Assembly (NCBI GenBank): GCA_964477035.1
Contig: CAYZCW010000004.1
Location: forward strand, 59,882-123,881
Length of the DNA: 64,000 bases
Source of the DNA: an uncultured Bacteroidales bacterium
GTDB taxonomy: Bacteria > Bacteroidota > Bacteroidia > Bacteroidales > UBA7960
Direction of reading: 5' to 3'
The notes below the pieces were generated by a model, which was given only the letters and a program-made list of their open reading frames with translations, was not told where the DNA came from and searched no databases. How positions within the stretch are numbered: position 1 is the first letter of the stretch; every line of letters begins with the position of its first letter. Below, piece by piece: positions 8,484 through 17,825 of the stretch. Made by a program: the position numbers and the translations under genes.

Positions 8484-11132
8484 ATGAATTCACAGGAGAT
8501 ACGCAGAACCTTTCTTGATTTTTTCACATCCAAAGGACACCAGGTGGTGTCTTCCGCCCCCATGGTGGTCAAAAATGACCCCACCCTGATGTTTACCAAT
8601 GCGGGGATGAACCAGTTCAAGGACGTGTTCCTGGGCAACAGCCCGGCCGTCCATGCCCGCATTGCCAACACCCAGAAGTGTCTCCGCGTGTCGGGCAAGC
8701 ACAACGACCTGGAGGAAGTGGGGCATGATACCTACCACCATACCATGTTCGAGATGCTGGGCAACTGGAGTTTCGGGGATTATTTCAAGGAGGAGGCCAT
8801 CGCCTGGGCGTGGGAACTTTTAACCGGGGTCTACGGGCTGGAGAAGGACCGCCTGTACGTCACCGTCTTCGAGGGAGACGAACGGGACCATCTGGATCCG
8901 GATCATGAGTCACGCGCCCATTGGGAAAAACATGTGAACAAAGACCGGATCCTGGATGGCAGCAAGAAAGACAACTTCTGGGAAATGGGCGATACGGGTC
9001 CCTGCGGTCCCTGCTCCGAAATTCACATCGACCTGAGGCCACAGCCAGAGCGCGACAGGCTTTCCGGTCACGAGCTGGTCAACCGCGACCATCCCCTGGT
9101 GGTGGAGATCTGGAACCTGGTTTTCATCGAGTTCAACCGGCTGGCCAGCGGAGAGCTGAAAAAGCTGCCTGCCCGGCATGTGGATACGGGTATGGGCTTT
9201 GAACGGCTGTGCATGGCCCTGCAGGGGAAGACCTCCAATTACGATACCGACGTGTTTCAGCCGTCCATCAAGGCGCTTGCCGCGATGGCCGGAAAATCAT
9301 ACGGGAAGGACCCGCAAACCGATGTGGCCATGCGGGTGGTGGCAGACCACCTCAGGGCCGTGGCTTTCGCCGTGGCCGATGGGGAGCTGCCATCCAACAA
9401 CAAGGCGGGTTATGTCATCCGGCGCATCCTGCGCAGGGCCATCCGGTACGGGTATACTTTCCTTGGATTCAGGGAGCCCTTTATCCACCAGCTGGTTCCG
9501 GTGCTTGTCTCCTCCATGGGCGGGGCCTTCCCGGAGCTGACAGCCCAGAAGGAATTGATCATGCGGGTCATGGCCGAGGAGGAAGCCGGATTCCTGCGTA
9601 CCCTCTCCCAGGGCATTCACAAGTTTGAGCAATACCTGGGAGGGCAGGAGAGCCCGGACAAGATCGACGGGGATTTTGCCTTCGAGCTGTTCGACACTTA
9701 CGGATTCCCGATAGATTTGACCCGGCTGATGGCCAGGGAGCAGGGACTGGATGTGGACATGGAGGGCTTTGAGAAAAACATGGCCCGTCAGAAAAGCCGC
9801 AGCCGCGCAGCCGCGGCCACCGAGGCCGGTGACTGGGTGCAGCTCAGCCCCTGGCAGGAGGAAACCCGCTTCCTGGGCTACGACAGCCTGGAGGCCGAGG
9901 TCTCGCTGGTAAAATACCGCAAGGTCTCTGCCAGGGGAAAGGCTTATTTTCAGGTGGTGCTGGACCAGACGCCGTTCTACGCAGAATCGGGCGGTCAGGT
10001 AGGAGACCGCGGGGTTTTAAAAGCCGGGGGGAAAGACATTGCGGTGATCGACACCCAGAAGGAAAACAACCTGACCGTACATATTGTCCCTTCCCTTCCG
10101 GAACCGGTACCTGAGAAATTGCTGGCCATCGTGGACCGGGAAAAGCGGCTGCTCACGGCCAACAACCACACGGCCACCCACCTGATGCACGCGGCCCTCA
10201 GGGAGGTCCTCGGCGGACATGTGGAGCAGAAAGGCTCGCTGGTCAATGAGGAGCGTCTTCGTTTCGATTTTTCGCACTTTGCCCGCTTGTCGGACGAGGA
10301 GATCGTGGCGGTGGAGAGGCTGGTGAACAAGAAGATCCGGGAGAATATTCCGGGACATGAACACCGGGATATCCCTTTGGAGGAGGCCCGTCGCATGGGC
10401 GCAGTGGCCCTGTTCGGGGAGAAGTACGGGGAAAGGGTACGGGTCGTCTCCTTTGATCCGGCCTATTCCACCGAATTGTGCGGGGGGACCCATGTGCATG
10501 CCACCGGGCAGATCGGCCTGTTCAAGATCGTGAGCGAAGGAGCCATTGCCGCAGGGATCCGGCGGGTGGAGGCCATTACCGGCCAGGCTGCTGAAGACTG
10601 GTTGACCGGCAAGCTGGAAGAACTGGAAGGCCTCCGCGTCTTGCTGCGCCATCCCAGGGACAGCCAGAAAGCACTTCGTCAGTTGATCGACGAACAGGAC
10701 TCCCTGAAAAAAAAGCTCGAATCCGTGGAGCGGCAACAGGCCGGCCGGCTGGCCGGTGAGCTGGCAGCCAGCGCCGAAATGCTGGGAGGGGCGAAATACA
10801 TCGCTGCCCGCCTGAGCATGGATCCCAAATCGGTCAAGGACCTGGCCTTTGCCGTCAAGGAGAAGGTCAGTGACCTGTTCCTGGTGATCGCCCATGAGTC
10901 AGACGGCAAGCCCGGCATTACCGTCATGATCGCCGAATCGCTCGTTAAGACCAGGGGCCTGCATGCCGGCAACCTGGTCAGGGACCTGGCCCGGCACATT
11001 CAGGGCGGGGGCGGCGGACAGCCATTCTTTGCTTCGGCCGGCGGCAAGGATGCCGGCGGGCTCGACAAGGTCCTGTCCGAGAGCCGCAAGGTCCTTACTG
11101 ACGATCAGAACCTGCGGCACAGCACCCGGTAG
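8484..11132 (+). CDS. alaS: alanine--tRNA ligase
   Basis: MNSQEIRRTFLDFFTSKGHQVVSSAPMV...DPTLMFTNAGMNQFK...; editing-domain HTATHLMHAAL...; C-terminal DHHA1-like region. Start at ATG 8484. Confidence 0.97.
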   Translation: MNSQEIRRTFLDFFTSKGHQVVSSAPMVVKNDPTLMFTNAGMNQFKDVFLGNSPAVHARIANTQKCLRVSGKHNDLEEVGHDTYHHTMFEMLGNWSFGDYFKEEAIAWAWELLTGVYGLEKDRLYVTVFEGDERDHLDPDHESRAHWEKHVNKDRILDGSKKDNFWEMGDTGPCGPCSEIHIDLRPQPERDRLSGHELVNRDHPLVVEIWNLVFIEFNRLASGELKKLPARHVDTGMGFERLCMALQGKTSNYDTDVFQPSIKALAAMAGKSYGKDPQTDVAMRVVADHLRAVAFAVADGELPSNNKAGYVIRRILRRAIRYGYTFLGFREPFIHQLVPVLVSSMGGAFPELTAQKELIMRVMAEEEAGFLRTLSQGIHKFEQYLGGQESPDKIDGDFAFELFDTYGFPIDLTRLMAREQGLDVDMEGFEKNMARQKSRSRAAAATEAGDWVQLSPWQEETRFLGYDSLEAEVSLVKYRKVSARGKAYFQVVLDQTPFYAESGGQVGDRGVLKAGGKDIAVIDTQKENNLTVHIVPSLPEPVPEKLLAIVDREKRLLTANNHTATHLMHAALREVLGGHVEQKGSLVNEERLRFDFSHFARLSDEEIVAVERLVNKKIRENIPGHEHRDIPLEEARRMGAVALFGEKYGERVRVVSFDPAYSTELCGGTHVHATGQIGLFKIVSEGAIAAGIRRVEAITGQAAEDWLTGKLEELEGLRVLLRHPRDSQKALRQLIDEQDSLKKKLESVERQQAGRLAGELAASAEMLGGAKYIAARLSMDPKSVKDLAFAVKEKVSDLFLVIAHESDGKPGITVMIAESLVKTRGLHAGNLVRDLARHIQGGGGGQPFFASAGGKDAGGLDKVLSESRKVLTDDQNLRHSTR

Positions 11133-13987
11133 GGGCAATAGGTGCACTGTGTCTCATCCTCTGTCTGGACAAAGGCTTTGCCGGGGTCCAGGATCTCCGA
11201 CAGCAATGATTTCAGGTGGCGGCCAAAACCGTTTACCAGGCCGGCCTCCAAAGGCCCTTCTCCTTCCGGGTACCGCAGCGTCTGCAAGCCCTTGTTGACC
11301 TCCCTCAGGCTGGCAATACCCGGTTCGATCCGGGCGGTATCCGGCAGTTCCTGCAGCAGCAGCCAGGCGTAGGTCAGCAGCTGCAGGGGCATGGCATACC
11401 GGCTGTCACTGGTCACCAGCTCCCACTCCTTGAACTTCAGCCTCGCCTCGTCGACCTTGCCGGTCTTGTAATCGACCACCCGGGTTATTCCCCCGCTGCG
11501 GTCAATGCGGTCCGCCTTGCCACGAATCTTAACCTTCCGGACCTGCCCGCCGGCCTGCACCTCCAGGGTGGCTTCCAGCCACTGCTCCAGCGAAAGCACC
11601 GTCAGCGGGTCCCGGTCCCCCTGTCCCTTTCCTGCCAGCTGCGATTTCTCGGCCTCCAAAAAATTAACCACATACTGCCGGGCCAGGTAGAACAGCAGCA
11701 GGTTCTTGCCGGAGCGGATGTCCCCTTCCGGGTAATCTTCTTCAAACTGCAGCCGGGTAAGCCGGTCCGCCTCCTTCAGCATGCCGTCTATATGCGCTGC
11801 CTGAAGGACTTTCCCTATATGGGGCCGGTACATTTTTTCCAGGACCCCGTGTACCACCGTCCCCATGGTGGAGGCATCGATGGTTTCTTCCACCTGGTCG
11901 CTTTCTTCCAGCCGGGCCACCCGGGAGAGATAAAACTGCAGGGGGCAGCCCACAAACTGGGCCAGGGCGGAGGGGGAAAAGCCCCTCTCGCCCATTTCCC
12001 GGAGCCGTTCCATGATCTCCGGTGTCTTTTCCACCGACAGGGCCTTGCCCATGGCGGCAGGCGGCGCGGGAAGGGTCACGATCTGTTCATGGATACGGAT
12101 CTCCGGGTTGTAGCGGGGAAGTTCGTGTTGCACCTGGGTGATGAACCGGCTCTTCTCGCTGCTGCCCAGGTCCTGCGTCTGGGTGTTGTAGATCAGGAAC
12201 ACGTTTTCGGCCCGTTGAAGGAGGCGGTAGAAGTGGTAGGCAAAGGTGGCGTCCTTGTCGGTGTCCACCTGCAGGCCGAACTTCTTTTTGACATCATAGG
12301 GAATGAACGAGTTCCCCGTCTTCCCGCGCGGAATCACTCCCTCGTTCACCGAGAGCATCACCAGGTTTTTAAAATCCAGGCTCCGGGTCTCCAGCACGCC
12401 CATCACCTGCAGGCCCTGCAGGGGTTCTCCGGAGAAGGACAGCCTGGTTTCTGCCGCTATTTGCCGGAACAGGGTGTAGAGGGTGTCGGGCGACTGAAGG
12501 TAGGGGTGTTTTTCTGCAAAGGCCTGCAGGCGCCGGAACAGGGTGGCGAAATAATACAGGGATTCGAAATCCAGAAAGAACGGGCTGTTGATGATGTCTT
12601 TCCCGCTGCTGCCGGCCCGGGCCCGGAACAATTCGTCCAGCCTCCCGATCAGCTGCAGCATCACGGGGAATGCCCGCAGGGGTTCCCTGGTCCAGTCGGA
12701 CGACAAAAACCTGAAGCGTTCGGGGAACCCGCCTGCCTGTTCCGCAATGGCCTCCAGCTCAGATGCCCGGATGAATACCCGGTTCGACAGGGCGATGCGG
12801 GCCACCAGGGCATCGGTTCCCTCCCCATCCCGGTCGCCCTCCCACAGGAGCCGGGTGGCAGAATGGCCCAGGAAGCGGCAAAGGTCCTTGTGGTAAAAGG
12901 AAGGCCCCTCCGCTCCGCCATCCTGTCCCAGCCTGCGGGCGTTCAGGTACATCTGGAACAGGGCGTCGAAAAAGCCATACATATTCGTCTTGTGCAGGGG
13001 ATAGCCCATGGTGACGTTGATGGTGCCCGTGCGTTCGGGCAGGGCGTTGAGTACCGGCACCAGCAGGTCTTCGTCGGCCAGCACCACGGCCGTTTCCTCG
13101 TTCAGCGCTGCTTCAGGAAACTGGTCGAGCAGGTTGCCTGCCAGCCTGGCCTGGTTCACGTTCCTGGCGATGCCCAGAATATGGATGTCTTTGGGTCCTT
13201 CAGCCAGGGGGGAGTTCTCCCGGCTGAGGGGGCTGCCGAACCGGTCAATGGTTTTCCGGATGTGGTGGCCGGCTTCGTGACCAGGATTCTCTGTATAATA
13301 GGGGTCGTTGTCCGGCAGGAAATCCGCCAGTCCCTGCCGCAGCAAGGTGCCGATGATGGCTTCCTCGGCCCGGTTCAGGGCATTGAAGCCGGTAAAGATG
13401 ATTTTTTTCCAGGGGAGATGAAACGTCTCTTCCTTCATGCGCAGGGCCGCCTGCCTGGAGGAGAGACCCTGGTAAGCGGATCCTTCTTGTATTAGGCTGT
13501 CATTCAGCTCTTTGTGATATGTTTTCAGTCGTCCGAAAAAGGCCAGATAGCTTTCCTGGAAAGGGGTGGGGGGGGAGCCGTCCGGATTCCAGGTTTCGAT
13601 CCTTTTGGCATCCCTCAGGAAGTCGTACAGGGCTTCCGGGTCCTCTGCCCGCGCCTCCACCTCGTCCATGTCGCGCAGCAATACCGGTGCCCACCGCATG
13701 AAATCGTCCACCGGCCTGGCCTGATCGCCTTCCATCCGGGTGTACACCTCATAAAACCGGAACAGCAGGCTGATGGAGTCCATCACCTCCAACCCGCTGA
13801 TGCGGTTGATCAGGTCCTCAATGCGCATTACTTCGGGCGCCCAGATGGGCTGGCGGACCTTCCGGGCCAGGTGCTGGCGCAGGAACAGGCCAGCCCGCCG
13901 GTTGGGGGTAACCAGGCAGATGTCCCCGGTGATCCCGCCATAGCGGTCGAGTAGGTAATCGGTGACTTGCTCCAAAAATGGTTTCAT
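11105..13987 (-). CDS. AddB-like PD-(D/E)XK nuclease family protein with Fe-S 'staple' cysteines
   Basis: 960 aa from ATG 13987. C-terminal nuclease motif GKADRIDR...VVDYKTGK. Cysteines FVGCPLQF ... CTYCPYRVLC as in AddB. No Walker A helicase partner is adjacent. Confidence 0.8.
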   Translation of the reverse strand: MKPFLEQVTDYLLDRYGGITGDICLVTPNRRAGLFLRQHLARKVRQPIWAPEVMRIEDLINRISGLEVMDSISLLFRFYEVYTRMEGDQARPVDDFMRWAPVLLRDMDEVEARAEDPEALYDFLRDAKRIETWNPDGSPPTPFQESYLAFFGRLKTYHKELNDSLIQEGSAYQGLSSRQAALRMKEETFHLPWKKIIFTGFNALNRAEEAIIGTLLRQGLADFLPDNDPYYTENPGHEAGHHIRKTIDRFGSPLSRENSPLAEGPKDIHILGIARNVNQARLAGNLLDQFPEAALNEETAVVLADEDLLVPVLNALPERTGTINVTMGYPLHKTNMYGFFDALFQMYLNARRLGQDGGAEGPSFYHKDLCRFLGHSATRLLWEGDRDGEGTDALVARIALSNRVFIRASELEAIAEQAGGFPERFRFLSSDWTREPLRAFPVMLQLIGRLDELFRARAGSSGKDIINSPFFLDFESLYYFATLFRRLQAFAEKHPYLQSPDTLYTLFRQIAAETRLSFSGEPLQGLQVMGVLETRSLDFKNLVMLSVNEGVIPRGKTGNSFIPYDVKKKFGLQVDTDKDATFAYHFYRLLQRAENVFLIYNTQTQDLGSSEKSRFITQVQHELPRYNPEIRIHEQIVTLPAPPAAMGKALSVEKTPEIMERLREMGERGFSPSALAQFVGCPLQFYLSRVARLEESDQVEETIDASTMGTVVHGVLEKMYRPHIGKVLQAAHIDGMLKEADRLTRLQFEEDYPEGDIRSGKNLLLFYLARQYVVNFLEAEKSQLAGKGQGDRDPLTVLSLEQWLEATLEVQAGGQVRKVKIRGKADRIDRSGGITRVVDYKTGKVDEARLKFKEWELVTSDSRYAMPLQLLTYAWLLLQELPDTARIEPGIASLREVNKGLQTLRYPEGEGPLEAGLVNGFGRHLKSLLSEILDPGKAFVQTEDETQCTYCPYRVLCRRF

Positions 13988-14015
13988 GGTTCCTGGTTTA
14001 TCGTGGGATCCCGTT

Positions 14016-14786
14016 TCATCCGGCCCAGCCGCCCTCCCGGCCGGGAGAGAACTTTTCCGGGTGTTCTCGGAACAGGGCCTCTGCCCGGTGCAGTTTTTCG
14101 GGGCTGCCGATATCGGCCCAGTAGCGGTGGTCGTGTTCGAAGCAGCGGACCGGCTCGCTGCCTGCCAGCCGCAGGTACACATCGAGAATGGAAAACACCC
14201 CCGTTTCGCTGATTTTGTCAGACAGGCGGGGACTGATCACGTGGATGCCGCTGAACGCCCTGGGAGTCAGGGGCCCCACATGGGCACCGCCACAAAGAAT
14301 CCGCTCGCGGGTGGACCGGTTTTCCCAGCCCCGGAGCCGCCCGCTGCCGTCCCACAGGAAATACCTGGAGGAGTCGCGCCTGCTCACCGCCAGCGTGACC
14401 AGGGCGCCCGATGCCTGGTGTGCAGACAGCATGGCCCCCAGGTCGATGTCGCACAGCACATCGGCATTGTAGAGGATGGCCGGTCCACCGCCCCGGAACA
14501 GACCGGACGCCTTTTTAAGGCCCCCGCCCGTGTCGAGCAGCTGCCCGCTTTCGTCCGAAACGACAAACTCCACCCCGGGAACTTTCAGCCGTTCCACGAA
14601 GCCGCGCAGCTTGCCGGCATGGTGGTGGACGTTGACCACGATGCGACTGGCCCCGGCCGCAACCAACTTATCGGCCACCCGCAGCAGCATGGGCCTTCCA
14701 CCCACAGGGGCCAGGGCCTTGGGCATATAGTCGGTGTAGGGTCTGAGCCGGGCCCCGGTTCCCGCTGCGAAAATCATTGCATCCAT
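14016..14786 (-). CDS. murU: sugar-1-phosphate nucleotidyltransferase, MurU-like
   Basis: MIFAAGTGARLRPYTDYMPKALAPVGGRPML (G-x-G-T-R-L nucleotidyltransferase signature). Immediately downstream of the AmgK-like kinase. Confidence 0.75.
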   Translation of the reverse strand: MDAMIFAAGTGARLRPYTDYMPKALAPVGGRPMLLRVADKLVAAGASRIVVNVHHHAGKLRGFVERLKVPGVEFVVSDESGQLLDTGGGLKKASGLFRGGGPAILYNADVLCDIDLGAMLSAHQASGALVTLAVSRRDSSRYFLWDGSGRLRGWENRSTRERILCGGAHVGPLTPRAFSGIHVISPRLSDKISETGVFSILDVYLRLAGSEPVRCFEHDHRYWADIGSPEKLHRAEALFREHPEKFSPGREGGWAG

Positions 14787-14798
14787 GCCGTGTTGTTT

Positions 14799-16385
14799 TT
14801 ATCGTCGGACGGATTCCTGCTGCCCGTCCGCCTGCCCGTTTCCTGCCGGACCGTTCCCTTGCCAGCTGCCTGCCTCCCGGTGATACAAGTCTATCCCGAC
14901 CGGGTAACGGGAAGCCAGCTCCCGGGCAAGGCGTTCGGCGCAATACACCGAGCGGTGTTGTCCGCCCGTGCATCCGAAAGCGACCGTCAGGTTCCGGAAT
15001 CCCCGCGAGAGGTAGTTCTCCACGGCTTGTTCCACCAGCCGGCTGGCTGCTGCCACAAAGGCAGCCACTGCCGGCTCATTTTCCAGGAACGCCCTGACCG
15101 GGTCGTCCTTGCCGTTATAATGCTTCAGCCGTTCGTCCCTGCCCGGGTTGGGCAGGGCGCGGCAGTCAAACACGAACCCGCCCCCATGCCCGCTGTCGTC
15201 CTCCGGCAGCCCTTTTTTATAGGAAAAGCTGCAGATACGCACCTTCAGCGGACCGCCTGCTTTGTCGGCCCGGGCGGCTTCATTTTCCGTGGCCGGGGCT
15301 GTCCCGCCTGGTGGGGGAGGATCTTTCGGGGGGCTGACCGTGCCCGCCTCCTCCATTCCCGGCAGCACCCCGCCGGGCGGCAGGGCGGCGATTTGCCGGA
15401 CGATGTCCGAGAGGTAGGGGACATGCCCGGGCAGCAGCCCGTTGTCTTCCAGCCACCTCAGGTTGTTCAGGGCGTAGGGCACACTTTGCAGGAAAAGAGG
15501 CTTGCGTTCCACCCCGCCGCGAAAGCCATAAGTGCCCAGGGCCTGCAGGATGCGCATCACCACGAAGTCATAAAAGCCGGCCCGGAACCTTTTCTCTTCG
15601 AAGCCGGGGAGGCGCCCGGCCACCGCGGCATAATGATCCATCAGCTCCATCCGCTGGCCGAACGGGATGTCGGCCTTGGCGTCGAACAGCAGCGATGCCA
15701 GATCGTACTGCAACGGCCCGCGCCGCCCGCCCTGGTAGTCGATGAACCAGGTGCTGCCTTCCGCCACCATGATGTTGCGCGACTGGAAGTCCCGGTACAT
15801 GAAATAGCCCGAAGGCTCCTCTGCCAGCTTGTCTGCAAAGCGTTCGAAGTCGTCTTCCAGCAGCTGCTCATCGAAAGGCACGCCGGAGATCTTCAGGAAA
15901 TAGTATTTGAAGTAGTTCAGGTCCCACATCATGGAATGCCGGTCGAAGGCATGCCGGGGATAGCAGACCCCGAAGTCGAGCCCCTCTGCCCCGTCCGACT
16001 GAAACCGGGGGAGCCATTCGATGGCCTGACGGTAGAGGCCCATCACGTCCGGCCCGAGACCGGCGGGTCCCCTGTGCCGGGGCAATAGGGAAAACAGGGT
16101 GGTGTCTCCCAGGTCGGTGAGCAGGTAGCAATGGGCATCGCGCTCCTCTGCCAGCACCCCGGGAACGGGCAGTCCCTTTTTCAGGAAGTGGCGGCTAAGG
16201 TCCAGGAATGCCCTGTTTTCCCGCGGGTCGGGATTGAAGGCGCCGATCACCGTCTGTCCGGCTCCCTGCAGGCGAAAGTAACGCCGGTTGCTGCCCGAGG
16301 GCGGCAGGGGAGTGCATTGGGCGGGACGGGTGCCGGCCCATTTCTCAAAGAGGTCGGATACGGCTTTTTCGGGGATCCACTGCAT
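14799..16385 (-). CDS. amgK: fusion protein: AmgK-like (APH-fold) sugar kinase plus RapZ/YvcJ C-terminal domain
   Basis: N-terminal part carries kinase motifs YRDFQSRNIMV and WFIDYQGG. A Pro-rich linker follows. The C-terminal part reads LKVRICSFSYKKGLPEDD..GFVFDCRALPNPGRD...NGKDDPVRAFL...LTVAFGCTGGQHRSVYCAERLA, matching the RapZ C-terminal domain. Start at ATG 16385 (MQWIPEK). Confidence 0.75.
   Translation of the reverse strand: MQWIPEKAVSDLFEKWAGTRPAQCTPLPPSGSNRRYFRLQGAGQTVIGAFNPDPRENRAFLDLSRHFLKKGLPVPGVLAEERDAHCYLLTDLGDTTLFSLLPRHRGPAGLGPDVMGLYRQAIEWLPRFQSDGAEGLDFGVCYPRHAFDRHSMMWDLNYFKYYFLKISGVPFDEQLLEDDFERFADKLAEEPSGYFMYRDFQSRNIMVAEGSTWFIDYQGGRRGPLQYDLASLLFDAKADIPFGQRMELMDHYAAVAGRLPGFEEKRFRAGFYDFVVMRILQALGTYGFRGGVERKPLFLQSVPYALNNLRWLEDNGLLPGHVPYLSDIVRQIAALPPGGVLPGMEEAGTVSPPKDPPPPGGTAPATENEAARADKAGGPLKVRICSFSYKKGLPEDDSGHGGGFVFDCRALPNPGRDERLKHYNGKDDPVRAFLENEPAVAAFVAAASRLVEQAVENYLSRGFRNLTVAFGCTGGQHRSVYCAERLARELASRYPVGIDLYHREAGSWQGNGPAGNGQADGQQESVRR
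14871..15251 (-). other. RapZ C-terminal-like (PFK-like, amino-sugar/RNA binding) domain within the fusion CDS
   Basis: By-eye alignment to E. coli RapZ residues about 154-284 (SFGFKHGIP..DYVFDVRFLPNPHW..TGLD.PVAAFL..LTVAIGCTGGKHRSVY). Confidence 0.65.
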
Positions 16386-16505
16386 GAAATAGGGGTTTGC
16401 AACAAAAATACGTTTTTTCCGGCTTTCCGGGAAAGACCCCCGCAAGGCGGGATCCGCACGCCGCCCCGCGTCCCCGGGCCGCTTGGCGGATGATCCAAAA
16501 ACCGC

Positions 16506-16513
16506 TACTTTTG
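16506..16513 (+). promoter_or_regulatory. -7 box TACTTTTG upstream of the ferritin-like gene
   Basis: Exact TAnnTTTG 44 nt upstream of ATG 16557. A TTGG sequence lies about 20 nt further upstream. Confidence 0.45.
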
Positions 16514-16556
16514 TTGAAAAAGCATTAATTTAGGGCAACCAAAAACCCATCCGACG

Positions 16557-17063
16557 ATGACAACAAACCAGGTGACCGACATTCTGAAAAAGGCCGTGAT
16601 CATGGAGGCCCGGGGCAAGGCGCTTTACAGCAAGGTGGCCGAACAGACCGCCAGCCCGGAAGTGAAAAAGATCTTTTCGATCATGGCCGGGGAGGAGCAG
16701 CTCCACATCGATTTCCTCCAAAAGCAGCTGGCCCATTATAAAAAGTCGGGGCAGTTCGACAAGAATGAGCTGGAGAAAGCCGCCGGCGACGACAGCATCG
16801 CCAAAACCATTCTGACCGACGCCATCACAAAGGAAATTTCCGGGGCTGGTTTCGAGGCCGCCGCCATCTCCGCTGCCATCGACATGGAGAACAAATCGGT
16901 CGAGGTCTATGCCGCCCGCGCCCTGGAGGCCACCGACCCCAATGAAAAAGAATTGTACGACTGGCTTGCCAACTGGGAAAGGGGCCACCACAAGCTGCTG
17001 ATCGACCTGAACCAACAGCTGACCGAACAGGTGTGGTACGACAACAACTTCTGGCCTTTTTAA
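16557..17063 (+). CDS. ferritin-like / rubrerythrin-family di-iron protein
   Basis: Two E...ExxH pairs (MEARGK...EEQLH and MENKS...WERGHH) in a four-helix pattern. No rubredoxin domain. Confidence 0.8.
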   Translation: MTTNQVTDILKKAVIMEARGKALYSKVAEQTASPEVKKIFSIMAGEEQLHIDFLQKQLAHYKKSGQFDKNELEKAAGDDSIAKTILTDAITKEISGAGFEAAAISAAIDMENKSVEVYAARALEATDPNEKELYDWLANWERGHHKLLIDLNQQLTEQVWYDNNFWPF

Positions 17064-17075
17064 GTGCGACCAGGC

Positions 17076-17825
17076 ATGTCCGGACCGGAGAATGACTTCG
17101 TGCAGGCCTTCGCGCCCAGGGTGGTTTATGAGGACAACCATTACGTGGTGGTCAACAAGCTGCCCTCCGAGATTGTCCAGGGCGACAAGACCGGCGACCG
17201 CCCCCTGGCCGAGCTGGTCAGGGAATACATCCGGCTGCGGTATGAGAAGCCCGGGGCGGCCTTCCTGGGGGTGGCGCACCGGATCGACCGTCCCGTGAGC
17301 GGGCTGGTGATCTTCGCCCGGACCTCCAAGGGCCTGGCACGCATCAACGCCCTGCTGCAAAAACGGGAGGTCCAAAAGACCTACTGGGCGGTGGTGAAGG
17401 ACATCCCGGTGCCCGGACAGGGACAGCTGGTACATTTTCTTGCCCGGAACGAAAAGCAGAACAAGTCATACGCGGTTTCCGAATCCGCTCCCGGGGCCAA
17501 AAGGGCGGTGCTGAACTACCGGCTGCTGGCCACCGGACAGCGGTATTCCCTGCTGGAGGTGGAGCTGCTGACAGGCCGGCACCACCAGATCAGGGCCCAG
17601 CTGTCGGCCATCGGCTGCCCGATCAAAGGGGACCTGAAATACGGATCGCCCCGGTCCAACGAGAACGGCAGCATCCACCTGCATGCCCGGTCCGTTGGCT
17701 TCGTACACCCGGTCAACGGGGAGCGCATCGACCTGGTGGCCCCCGTCCCGCCGGGTGATCCCCTCTGGGCCTGGTTTGAACAGGCCGTGGCCGGTAAACC
17801 ACATGACACAAGCCCCATACGATGA
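17076..17825 (+). CDS. RluA-family pseudouridine synthase
   Basis: VVYEDNHYVVVNK...HRIDRPVSGLVIFART...TYWAVV...GRHHQIRAQL motifs. An alternative GTG start lies at 17064. Confidence 0.88.
   Translation: MSGPENDFVQAFAPRVVYEDNHYVVVNKLPSEIVQGDKTGDRPLAELVREYIRLRYEKPGAAFLGVAHRIDRPVSGLVIFARTSKGLARINALLQKREVQKTYWAVVKDIPVPGQGQLVHFLARNEKQNKSYAVSESAPGAKRAVLNYRLLATGQRYSLLEVELLTGRHHQIRAQLSAIGCPIKGDLKYGSPRSNENGSIHLHARSVGFVHPVNGERIDLVAPVPPGDPLWAWFEQAVAGKPHDTSPIR

Noticed and set aside
11216-16088. Long + strand ORFs 11216..13495 (759 aa) and 13962..16088 (708 aa)
   Set aside because: They lie antisense to the AddB-like, murU-like and amgK-fusion genes. Their composition is low-complexity and Gly/Pro/Arg/His-rich with no motifs. 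This is the typical stop-poor antisense frame of high-GC coding DNA.
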